Assembly: GCA_964486505.1 (NCBI GenBank)
Contig: CAZAMC010000002.1
Coordinates: 65,656 to 129,655, forward strand
Reading direction: 5' to 3'
Length of the DNA: 64,000 nucleotides
Origin: an uncultured Gammaproteobacteria bacterium
GTDB lineage: Bacteria > Patescibacteriota > Patescibacteriia > PEXW01
Shown: in pieces, positions 38,169 through 46,443 of the stretch
Position numbering within the stretch: the first letter of the stretch is position 1
How the letters are laid out: each line of letters opens with the position of its first letter
Position numbers and translations under genes: made by a program
Notes under the pieces: generated by a model
What the model saw: the letters and a program-made list of their open reading frames with translations, nothing else
Told to the model about the DNA's origin: nothing
Database searches by the model: none

Positions 38169-38258
38169 GAACATCCTGCGCGACGTGTTCTCCTCCGGTG
38201 GCTGGCACACGGTCAGTCGCCGGAGGGAACCAAATCTGAATTCGAGGAGAATACCAAC

Positions 38259-39047
38259 ATGTCAAAAAGTGTAAACCAGCTCTTGGACACAGCGGTGGAT
38301 CAGGGCAACCTTTCCCGCGTTTCCTCGCAGCTCTTAACCGCTGGGGACATTGGCCGGCAGATCCAGCAGGGCATGGGCTTGCCCATCGACGCTGTGGATT
38401 CGCCGGAAGTCATTGTCCTGCAGCAGCTCATTGACGATTCTGGTAGCATCCGGTTCGTCTCTGGGAATACCGAAGCGGTGCGCGATGGCAGCAACGGTGC
38501 CATTGAAGCCATGCGCAAGACCAAACAGGCGCAAGCCGGGAGTATCCTGGCAGCGCTCCGCTTCCTCAACCGCGGCGTGCTCTACGATATCCGCCCGATC
38601 GCGAATGCGGAGTTGCTGGTAACCAGCAATTACAATCCCGATGGCATCACGCCGCTCTATGACCAGACAATGGTCCTCTGCGGCACCGCAATCGCCAAGA
38701 CGCAGGAGTATCAGAATTCGGGTATTGCCGTCCGGACGATCAACCTGATCGTCACCGACGGGCACGACCAGGGTTCGTTCCACTCCATTCGGGATTGCGC
38801 CAACGTGGTGGGCGACTTGCTCAAATCCGAAATGCACATCCTGGCGGCCATCGGCATCACCGACGGCAGCACGGACTTCCAGGCGATTTTCCGGCAGATG
38901 GGCATCCCCGATCAGTGGATCCTGACGCCGAAGAATACGCCTTCGGAAATCCGCAAAGCGTTCCTGCTCGCTTCGCAGTCGGCCGTGCGCGCCAGCCAGA
39001 ACGCGGCGTCCTTCAGCCAGGTGGCAATGGGCGGCTTCACCAAGTAA
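38259..39047 (+). CDS. von Willebrand factor A (vWA) domain protein with intact MIDAS
   Basis: VIVLQQLIDDSGSI (DxSxS), conserved T and D (LIVTDGHD). Confidence 0.7.
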   Translation: MSKSVNQLLDTAVDQGNLSRVSSQLLTAGDIGRQIQQGMGLPIDAVDSPEVIVLQQLIDDSGSIRFVSGNTEAVRDGSNGAIEAMRKTKQAQAGSILAALRFLNRGVLYDIRPIANAELLVTSNYNPDGITPLYDQTMVLCGTAIAKTQEYQNSGIAVRTINLIVTDGHDQGSFHSIRDCANVVGDLLKSEMHILAAIGITDGSTDFQAIFRQMGIPDQWILTPKNTPSEIRKAFLLASQSAVRASQNAASFSQVAMGGFTK

Positions 39048-39241
39048 GCAGCTCTTTCGTCTCAATGATCTTTTACGCGGAGAGGAGTGCCCTGCACTCC
39101 TCTCCCAAACTTCTCTGATTGCGAGTGTCAGCAAAGCCGTGGAACGCCCCAACGTTCTGCAGCTTTGGCCACAACATACGTTGTGGCCATGCAACCCAAG
39201 AAAAAAAGTGAACGTTGAATAGAAGAAAGTGAGGAATACCA

Positions 39242-40624
39242 ATGCCTCGTGTCGCAATTTTCGGCCTTAGCGGTAATCCAAGCGGGTTACACCACCGCCG
39301 TGTTGTCTTGCGCCTGGCCCAAGCGTTTGACCAGGTAATCGTGGTTCCGTGCGGTCCTCGGCCAGACAAGCTGACGACCAATGACATCGCGCCAATCAAC
39401 CGGGCGGTGATGGCGGACCAGACTTTCGGCGATATTCCCAATGTCACCGTTGATCTGGACGATCTGGAACACGATCTCTTCACCCGGACGGTAGCGCTCC
39501 TGGAACGGTATGCGCACCGGGGTGAGTGCTGGCTGGCCATTGGCGGTGACCTGATAGTGGGCGGGAAGAACGGCCAATCCGTTATCCAGCGTGAATGGGA
39601 GCGTGGCCAGGAAATCTGGCAGGCGAAGATCGTGGTCATCCCGCGGGAAGGTACGCCGTTTGATACGGCAGACTTGCCGCCCAACGCGGATGTCCTGGCG
39701 CCTGTGGATGGTGGCTCGAGCACGGAGATTCGGGAACGGATCTTCACGCACCAGCCGTTCGCTGACCTCGTCATGCCCGCAGTGGCTTCGTACATCGAAC
39801 GCTACGGTTTGTACCGGGGGATGCAGCCAAACCTGTTAGCTCCCGGCACAACCATCGAGTTGCCACGAATCATCTGTGTTGCTGATCCGGAGAATGCTCT
39901 CGCCAGCGCAATTGCCCAGCGCTTTGCGGCAATGCACGTGCAGAGCTTGCCCAATTGCATTGTGGCTATTGGTGGCGACGGGTTCATGCTCCAGGTTATC
40001 CGCGAACACTGGCGGAAGCGCCTGCCCATCCTGGGTATCAACGCTGGACACCGGGGCTTCCTCCTCAATGAGTGGAACGCCGACTGGCACACCCGGACGT
40101 TCTTCCAGAACCTCACCATCCTGCAGTCACCGTTGCTGTATGTGACCGCAACGAAGCTGGATGGGACGACGGTGACGCAGCTGGCGTTCAATGATGCGTG
40201 GCTACGGTCGGCGAACGGCGGCCAGGCAGCGTGGCTGGAGGTCATGGTCGACGGTCAGACGCGACTCCCGAAACTCGTTGCTGACGGTGCGCTCATTGCA
40301 ACGGCTGGTGGTTCTACTGGGTATGCCCGTGCCCTTGGTGTGAAGCCCATGCCGGTCGGCACCGAACAGCTCATCTTGGCTGGCATGAACGTTTTCGAAC
40401 CGTTTGGCTGGGGGCCGGTGCACCTTGGTCTCCGCCAGAGCATCCAGCTCCGCGTGCTGGATACGGTGAAGCGCGGAGTCGAAGCGTTCGTCGATGGCTT
40501 TAGCCTTGGCCCCGTGACGTCGCTCAACGTCCGCGTGAGCCGAATTGCCTCGGTCGAGCTCGCCTTCTGCCCGAGCAATGACCCACAGCAGAAAATCTTA
40601 GCCCTTCAGTTCCCTGTACATTGA
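39242..40624 (+). CDS. nadM-nadK: bifunctional nicotinate/nicotinamide-mononucleotide adenylyltransferase - NAD kinase fusion
   Basis: N-term IFGLSGNPSGLHH (nucleotidyltransferase (H/T)xGH), C-term GGDGF, NAGHRGFL, DGALIATAGGSTGYARALG NAD-kinase motifs. Confidence 0.8.
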   Translation: MPRVAIFGLSGNPSGLHHRRVVLRLAQAFDQVIVVPCGPRPDKLTTNDIAPINRAVMADQTFGDIPNVTVDLDDLEHDLFTRTVALLERYAHRGECWLAIGGDLIVGGKNGQSVIQREWERGQEIWQAKIVVIPREGTPFDTADLPPNADVLAPVDGGSSTEIRERIFTHQPFADLVMPAVASYIERYGLYRGMQPNLLAPGTTIELPRIICVADPENALASAIAQRFAAMHVQSLPNCIVAIGGDGFMLQVIREHWRKRLPILGINAGHRGFLLNEWNADWHTRTFFQNLTILQSPLLYVTATKLDGTTVTQLAFNDAWLRSANGGQAAWLEVMVDGQTRLPKLVADGALIATAGGSTGYARALGVKPMPVGTEQLILAGMNVFEPFGWGPVHLGLRQSIQLRVLDTVKRGVEAFVDGFSLGPVTSLNVRVSRIASVELAFCPSNDPQQKILALQFPVH

Positions 40625-40798
40625 TTCCCTCCGTGGTGTGGAGCGTACGGCTTACCCCGGCGCTCCACCCCCAATTTTCTTCCAGAGCCTTGTTCCGAAA
40701 CCTTTCGGCGCAGTGCTCTCACCCGAAAAAACTTTTCGAGTGATGCTCATTAACAACCTGCAAGCAACAGAAATTTATAGAATAAACAGGAGATGTAT

Positions 40799-41359
40799 AT
40801 GGAACAGCAAGGCACCCCGAGAGTGGTGAAGAAGAATTTCGTCCTCCGCACCATTCAATCGCGAGGTCATGCGTGGCAGTACTTAGAAACGTCCGATTCC
40901 GCGAATGTCCTCATCTACATTACAGACAAGGACCAGGTGCTCCTGGTTCGCCAGCAGCGTGACGCCATGGTGCGAAACGATAACCCGGAAGGCTGGATTA
41001 CCGAGAGCGTCGCCGGCCGATTTGACCGGGAAGAAACTGTGCGCCAGCTCCTCGCCCGTGAAGCGAGCGAAGAGGTTGGGGGCACTATTCATCCCGACGC
41101 GATCGTGCTCCTGAACAACGGCGCTCCGCTCGCTCTTTCTGCCGGTTGCCTGGTGGAACGGGCGTGGCTTGGCTTCGTGGAGGTTACCAGCGACCAGCTG
41201 GAGAAAACTGATCGCCAGTATGGCTTGGCCGCAGAGGGTGAGCGCATCACGCGCATCTTCCTGCCGGCCCGTGAAGTGGAGAGCTACGTGTGCGAGGACG
41301 TGCGTGTCTTCGCGCTCCTCCAGTGGTTCCTCCGTATGAAAGTTGATGATCGCAGATAG
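40799..41359 (+). CDS. NUDIX hydrolase (ADP-ribose pyrophosphatase-like)
   Basis: Nudix box ...ESVAGRFDREETVRQLLAREASEEVG; start moved to Met with ACAGGAG RBS. Confidence 0.65.
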   Translation: MEQQGTPRVVKKNFVLRTIQSRGHAWQYLETSDSANVLIYITDKDQVLLVRQQRDAMVRNDNPEGWITESVAGRFDREETVRQLLAREASEEVGGTIHPDAIVLLNNGAPLALSAGCLVERAWLGFVEVTSDQLEKTDRQYGLAAEGERITRIFLPAREVESYVCEDVRVFALLQWFLRMKVDDRR

Positions 41360-41372
41360 AAAGGAGGAAGCC

Positions 41373-42635
41373 ATGAGCTTCCGCAATACCAGGCGTGGTA
41401 TAGGAGAGGCGATTATCCAATCGCTCCTCGATGTGGACTTTTACAAGTTCACAATGGGGAATTTCATATACCAGTTTTACCGAGATGTGATCGTCACATT
41501 CGGGATGAAGAATCGGACAGCCTCCATCCGACTCGCAGACGTTATCGATGTGCAGGAGCTGCGGGCTGAGCTAGATCACGTTATGACGCTTCGTTTCACG
41601 CCGAGTGAGATCTACTACTTGCGCGGCATGGACGTGTACGGGAAGAACATGTTCTCCGAAGAGTACTTGAACTTCCTGAAGAGCCTTCAGTTGCCGCCCT
41701 ATGAGCTCCACGTCGTTGACGGGCAGTTCGACCTTCGCTTCACTGGACCGTGGGCCGCGGTTTCCCTCTGGGAGACCATTGCCTTAGGGATTGTGAATGA
41801 GCTCTACTACCGCGCGCTCCTCCGCGACAAGAGTCGCTTCCAGCGCCAGGCTATCTACGCAGATGGTATCCGTCGCCTGCACGACAAGATTGTGGAGCTG
41901 AAGAAGCGCCCGCGCATCAACTTCATCGAGTTTGGGACGCGGCGACGCTTCGGCCGGGTGTGGCAGAGCGACATCACGCGCGCGCTCGCCGAAGAGCTAC
42001 CAGCTACGCAGTTCCGCGGGACGTCGAACACCTTCCTAGCATTCAAGTACGGCTTCACCCCTATGGGTACAAGCGCACACGAACTGCAAATGGTGGTTGG
42101 CGCTCTAGCGAACTCCGATGCCGAGCTCCTCGCTTCGACAGAGGTCGTGCTCGACCAGTGGTTCGATCTGTACGGACCTGGACTCTCCATCGCGCTGCCC
42201 GACACATTCGGCTCGGAATTCTTCTTCAAGGTTTTTGGAGAGGAACGGGCTCGCAAGTGGAAGGGGACGCGAGAAGATTCGGCTGACCCGTTGCTCGCTG
42301 GCATAGAGCGGATCAAGTTCTACCGTAGCTTCGGCATTGACCCGAAGACGAAGCTATGGCTACCCAGCGACGGTCTCGATCTTGGGAAAATCATCAAGAT
42401 CGACGAACGGTACGGCGACCAGCTGATCGTTTCGTACGGCTGGGGCACAACGTTGACAAATGACCTGGGTCTCCCGACCCTGTCACTCGTCATCAAGGCC
42501 ACTGCCGCAAACGGTCGAGGTACGGTGAAGCTCTCGGACAACCTTGCCAAAGCCATGGGTCCGGCTGACGAAGTCCAGCGGTATAAACGGGTCTTCGGCT
42601 ATACCGAGATTCGTGATGAAGAGTGCAAAGTGTGA
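41373..42635 (+). CDS. pncB: nicotinate phosphoribosyltransferase
   Basis: SLLDVDFYKFTMGNF (LLDTDxYKxTM family motif), overlaps NUDIX stop; AAAGGAGGA RBS. Confidence 0.85.
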   Translation: MSFRNTRRGIGEAIIQSLLDVDFYKFTMGNFIYQFYRDVIVTFGMKNRTASIRLADVIDVQELRAELDHVMTLRFTPSEIYYLRGMDVYGKNMFSEEYLNFLKSLQLPPYELHVVDGQFDLRFTGPWAAVSLWETIALGIVNELYYRALLRDKSRFQRQAIYADGIRRLHDKIVELKKRPRINFIEFGTRRRFGRVWQSDITRALAEELPATQFRGTSNTFLAFKYGFTPMGTSAHELQMVVGALANSDAELLASTEVVLDQWFDLYGPGLSIALPDTFGSEFFFKVFGEERARKWKGTREDSADPLLAGIERIKFYRSFGIDPKTKLWLPSDGLDLGKIIKIDERYGDQLIVSYGWGTTLTNDLGLPTLSLVIKATAANGRGTVKLSDNLAKAMGPADEVQRYKRVFGYTEIRDEECKV

Positions 42636-42675
42636 AAATGCTTGCAGGAACAATCGGTGGGAGGCAGCAATGCTT

Positions 42676-42745
42676 CCCACCCTTTCCCTCGAGTGTCCCA
42701 CAGTGGTGGGGGATTGGAGGGAAAGCACAAACAACAACGTTCACT
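42676..42745 (+). promoter_or_regulatory. conserved structured leader RNA copy A (riboswitch-like) upstream of GNAT gene
   Basis: P1 CTTTCCCTC/GAGGGAAAG enclosing CCCAC-AGTG-GTGGG hairpin; 45/47 nt identical to 43355-43405; P1 5' strand is anti-SD-like. Confidence 0.45.
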
Positions 42746-42758
42746 GAAAGGAGCTAGC

Positions 42759-43322
42759 ATGGACTACCGTTCAATGCTCGCCAATCCAAGAATTCGTTTG
42801 GTCCCCGCCCAAGTTGCGGATGCCGAACGTATCGTCACTGCCTTACAGCCTGCAGCAACGCAAAACCTTTCGTTCTTCGCGCACAATGATCTCACACTAG
42901 ATCGCCAGCGGAGGTACATCGAGCGTATGCGCCGTGACGAGCACTATCTGTGGGTTGTGGAGCGGACCAGCGACGGCGCCATCATTGGTACTGCCGGCCT
43001 GCACGAGATTGACCGTAACAACCACAATGCTCGTCTGGGCGTGCTCATCTTTCGCCAGGAAGATCGCGGTCAGGGGTATGGCACAGAGGCCATCCTCCAG
43101 GTACTCCAGAAAGCTTTTAGCGGGTTCGCCTTGCATAAGGTGTACCTCAAAGTCTTCACGGATAACATTCGGTCCACAAGCCACTACATGCAACTTGGTT
43201 TTACCACCATGGAAGGAATTTTCCGCCAGGAGTACTGGCTTAACGGTGGGTACAAAGACATGTTCCGTCTAGCCATGTTCCGCGATGACTGGACGGAGCG
43301 GTACTGGTACCACCCGAAGTAA
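42759..43322 (+). CDS. GNAT family N-acetyltransferase
   Basis: acetyl-CoA fold motifs RQEDRGQGYGTEA; AAAGGAG RBS at Met 42759 (track ORF 42642 start lies in leader RNA). Confidence 0.75.
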   Translation: MDYRSMLANPRIRLVPAQVADAERIVTALQPAATQNLSFFAHNDLTLDRQRRYIERMRRDEHYLWVVERTSDGAIIGTAGLHEIDRNNHNARLGVLIFRQEDRGQGYGTEAILQVLQKAFSGFALHKVYLKVFTDNIRSTSHYMQLGFTTMEGIFRQEYWLNGGYKDMFRLAMFRDDWTERYWYHPK

Positions 43323-43354
43323 TTTCTGTGGTTGGCGATGGATTTTTCCTTCGC

Positions 43355-43425
43355 CAACCCTTTCCCTCGAGTGCCCCACAGTGGTGGGGGATTGGAGGGA
43401 AAGTATGGAAGACAACGTTCATTAC
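43355..43425 (+). promoter_or_regulatory. conserved structured leader RNA copy B upstream of deoxyribosyltransferase-like gene
   Basis: same P1 and inner hairpin; single T->C change converts G-U to G-C pair in inner stem. Confidence 0.45.
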
Positions 43426-43450
43426 ATGCATCTACAAGAGGAGGTTCCGC

Positions 43451-44200
43451 ATGCAACTCGTGTATTGGCTTGAGCCATACCCCACGGTATGCACAATGTC
43501 TATGTTCCTGGCTGGCCCTACTGCTCGGCAAGGCGAAATTCCTTCCTGGCGAAAAGAGGCGGTGCGGCTGTTGGCTGAAGCGAATTGGGATGGAGCTGTG
43601 TTCATTCCTGAGCCGCGTCCCGGCACGCCCTGGCCGACGAAGCCCCAGCACGACATCATCGTCGACTGGGAAATCACCGGCTTGAACCGCGCCGACTGCA
43701 ACCTGTTCTGGGTGCCGCGGAGTGAAGATACGCTGCCTGGATTCACGACGAATATCGAATGGGGCGACTTCTTCAAGTCTGGGCGCGCAGTGCTCGGTTG
43801 CCCATCCACGGCCGTCCGCATGAACTACATGAAGTATCGCGGCTCGCAGTTCCATGTCCCGTTCGCGGATTCGCTTGAGGGGACCATCGCACATGCGATT
43901 GCCCTCATCGGTGCTGGCGGTACGCGGACTGAAGGTGAGTGCTGCATCCCTGCGCTTATCTGGACGCACCATGCATTCCAGGAGTGGTACCGTTCCGCAC
44001 ACGCCGCGGGCAACTGCATCCTCAACGCCACAGTGCTGTGGGTGAATCGCAAAGGCGGCGACTTCGCCATCGCCATAACCTTGCTGCGGCAAGAACCGGC
44101 ACCTGCGGAAAACGTCCTTCTCACGGGGGGCAGCTACGGCTACCAGATGCGTCGGTACCGCCTGGGTAGCACGGCCCGTCCTGAAGTTGAACTTTGGTAG
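43451..44200 (+). CDS. nucleoside 2-deoxyribosyltransferase-fold protein (possible nucleoside/nucleotide N-glycosidase)
   Basis: N-terminal MSMFLAGPT...IPSWR resembles NDT/DNPH1-type FLAGP motif; AGAGGAGG RBS. Confidence 0.5.
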   Translation: MQLVYWLEPYPTVCTMSMFLAGPTARQGEIPSWRKEAVRLLAEANWDGAVFIPEPRPGTPWPTKPQHDIIVDWEITGLNRADCNLFWVPRSEDTLPGFTTNIEWGDFFKSGRAVLGCPSTAVRMNYMKYRGSQFHVPFADSLEGTIAHAIALIGAGGTRTEGECCIPALIWTHHAFQEWYRSAHAAGNCILNATVLWVNRKGGDFAIAITLLRQEPAPAENVLLTGGSYGYQMRRYRLGSTARPEVELW

Positions 44201-44322
44201 TGCAGGTGGTGGAAGCGATACAAAGCTTCTACCACCCTTTATCCGAGTTGCTACACCTTTTGGCAATTCAGGTAAAAGCAAATATTCATTGACAATTACA
44301 TACATCAGAAAGGAGGCGCACC

Positions 44323-46326
44323 ATGCGCTTCGAACAGGATTTTCCAGATATCCGACGTCATGGTTTTGCCCGCGTGGCAGCGGTGGTTCCCGAGGTTAGT
44401 CTCACGCATCCCATGCAAAATGCGAAGAATCACCTGACGTACCTTGAGGATGCATACAACCAAGGGGCAATGTACGCTGTGTGCCCTGAGTTGGGCCTGA
44501 CCGGCTACAGCAGCGGCGATCTGTTTTTCTCCGAGACCCTGACGGACGCGGTGCTGGATGCTCTGGACTGGCTCGTCCAGAAAACCGATGGTTGGGATAT
44601 GCTCATCTCCGTGGGCGTGCCGCTGGTGGTTGACGCGCAGCTCTACAATTGCGCCGTCACGTTCTGTAATGGGGAAATTCTTGGAGTGACGCCGAAGGCC
44701 TACCCACCGGAGTACCGAGAGTTTTACGAAGCGCGGCACTTTGCCCGCGCTAGTAACGCTCGTAGCACGACCATCGCTCTCCTCAACCAGAGCGACGTGC
44801 CTTTTGGTACGGACATCATTATCCGTTCGCGAACCAACCCGAACTTCGCCGTCTTCACCGAGATTTGCGAAGACCTGTGGGTGCCCATCCCGCCGAGCAC
44901 GCACGCCGCGCTCGCGGGCGCCACCATCCTCGGCAACCTCTCCGCTTCTAATATCACTATTGGGAAAGGGGAGTATCGTCGGCAGCTGGTGCTGGATTCG
45001 TCTGGCCGCAACCTGGCCGTGCAGATCTACTGCGCGGCAGGATTTGGTGAGTCCACCGCCGACCTCGCCTGGGATGGGGAAGCCCTCATTGCCCAAGGCG
45101 GAAAGCTCCTGGCGACGAATACGCGTTTCGCTCTCCACGGTTCTTGCATTGTGACCGACGTGGACCTCCATGCGCTCATGCACGATCGGCGGCAGAGTTC
45201 CTTCCGGCAGAATGCGTCGGACGATGGGAAGCCATTCCGCATCGTCTACTGTGATGCTGACTTAGGCGCCGGTGCCGATAATGCATTGCTGGAATTCCGC
45301 TACCCCCTGGAGCAGCACCCGTTTGTGCCTGAAGATCCGGGAACGCGTGATGAGCGCTGCCAGGAAACGTTCAACATCCAGACGTCGGCCCTGGCCATGC
45401 GTATCTCGTCGCTGCCGCCCAACTACCGGAAACTAGTCCTCGGACTCTCCGGGGGCCAGGATTCCACGCACGCGTTGCTCGTGGCGGTCTACACAATGGA
45501 CCTCCTCAAGCTGCCGCGGACCAATGTGATTGCCGTTACTATGCCTGGTTTCGGCACCACCCCACGGACCAAGGGGAATGCCCAGGCACTCGCCGAAGCT
45601 CTCGGCGTGACCTTCAAGGACATCTCCATTGTGCCTCTGGCTACTGCACTTCTGGAAAGCGTTGGGCACGACCTGACTGACCACAATGTAACCTACGAGA
45701 ACAGCCAAGCCTGGTCACGGAAGATGGTTGAGCTTGCCCTCGCTGGCAAGCTCGGCGCCATCGACCAGGGTACGGGCGACCTCTCGGAGCTCGCGCTCGG
45801 CTGGTGCACGATGTTCGGTGACCACGCCTCGCACTACAACCCAAACGCGGGCGTGCCGAAGACGCTTATCAGCCACCTCATTCGGTGGTCTGCAGAATAC
45901 GTTTTCGCGGAGGAAGCAGAAGTGAAGAAAGTCCTGCTGGACATACTGGATACACCCATATCCCCCGAGCTGCAGCCAGCCGGTGCTGACGGGCAGATTG
46001 TCCAGAAGACGGAGTCAATCGTCGGTCCGTATGCGCTCCACGACTTCTTCCTGTTCTACTTCGTTCGCCACGGGCGCTCGCCCTTCACTATTGCCCGGCT
46101 TGCGGCGCAGGCCTTCGACGGGCAGTACACGCTGGTCGAGATCAAGAAGTGGCTGAAGGTGTTCATCCAGAAGTTCTTCGGGAACCAGTTCAAACGGAAC
46201 TGTGTGCCGGATGGACCGAAGGTGGGGCTCACCTCACTCTCGCCGCGCGGGGACTGGCGCATGCCACCTGAGGCCGACGCCGGTCCGTGGCTGGCGGAGC
46301 TCGACGAAGTTCCTGATCGTTTGTGA
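44323..46326 (+). CDS. nadE: glutamine-dependent NAD+ synthetase (N-terminal CN-hydrolase + C-terminal NAD synthase)
   Basis: nitrilase-fold N-domain with ...CEDLW catalytic Cys, C-domain P-loop LSGGQDSTHALLVAV; AAAGGAGG RBS. Confidence 0.9.
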   Translation: MRFEQDFPDIRRHGFARVAAVVPEVSLTHPMQNAKNHLTYLEDAYNQGAMYAVCPELGLTGYSSGDLFFSETLTDAVLDALDWLVQKTDGWDMLISVGVPLVVDAQLYNCAVTFCNGEILGVTPKAYPPEYREFYEARHFARASNARSTTIALLNQSDVPFGTDIIIRSRTNPNFAVFTEICEDLWVPIPPSTHAALAGATILGNLSASNITIGKGEYRRQLVLDSSGRNLAVQIYCAAGFGESTADLAWDGEALIAQGGKLLATNTRFALHGSCIVTDVDLHALMHDRRQSSFRQNASDDGKPFRIVYCDADLGAGADNALLEFRYPLEQHPFVPEDPGTRDERCQETFNIQTSALAMRISSLPPNYRKLVLGLSGGQDSTHALLVAVYTMDLLKLPRTNVIAVTMPGFGTTPRTKGNAQALAEALGVTFKDISIVPLATALLESVGHDLTDHNVTYENSQAWSRKMVELALAGKLGAIDQGTGDLSELALGWCTMFGDHASHYNPNAGVPKTLISHLIRWSAEYVFAEEAEVKKVLLDILDTPISPELQPAGADGQIVQKTESIVGPYALHDFFLFYFVRHGRSPFTIARLAAQAFDGQYTLVEIKKWLKVFIQKFFGNQFKRNCVPDGPKVGLTSLSPRGDWRMPPEADAGPWLAELDEVPDRL

Positions 46327-46343
46327 GTTCGCTCATTCATAGA

Positions 46344-46373
46344 AACCCCGATGCACTCGCGTCGGGGTTTTCT
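46344..46373 (+). terminator. rho-independent terminator ending the NAD operon
   Basis: aaccccga-N10-tcggggtt then TTTTCTCTT. Confidence 0.8.
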
Positions 46374-46443
46374 CTTGACCACAGCGCGTGCATGTGGTAC
46401 GTTTTCTTGCTTTGCAAGACCAACACCTAACCAAGGAGTGGCA

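Noticed and set aside
36597-38210. 537-aa - strand ORF antisense to the nicotinamidase-fusion gene
   Set aside because: The + strand frame carries specific PncA motifs and an RBS; the - strand frame has none and is Arg/Val/Gly-rich.
44209-44240. 12-bp hairpin GGTGGTGGAAGC...GCTTCTACCACC after the deoxyribosyltransferase-like gene as an intrinsic terminator
   Set aside because: No downstream U-tract and nadE follows 80 nt later with its own RBS in the same operon; more likely an mRNA stability or processing hairpin, not called.
43184-45183. - strand ORFs 43184..44305 and 44305..45183 antisense to the deoxyribosyltransferase-like gene and nadE
   Set aside because: Opposite-strand frames of well-supported + strand genes in a strictly co-directional operon.
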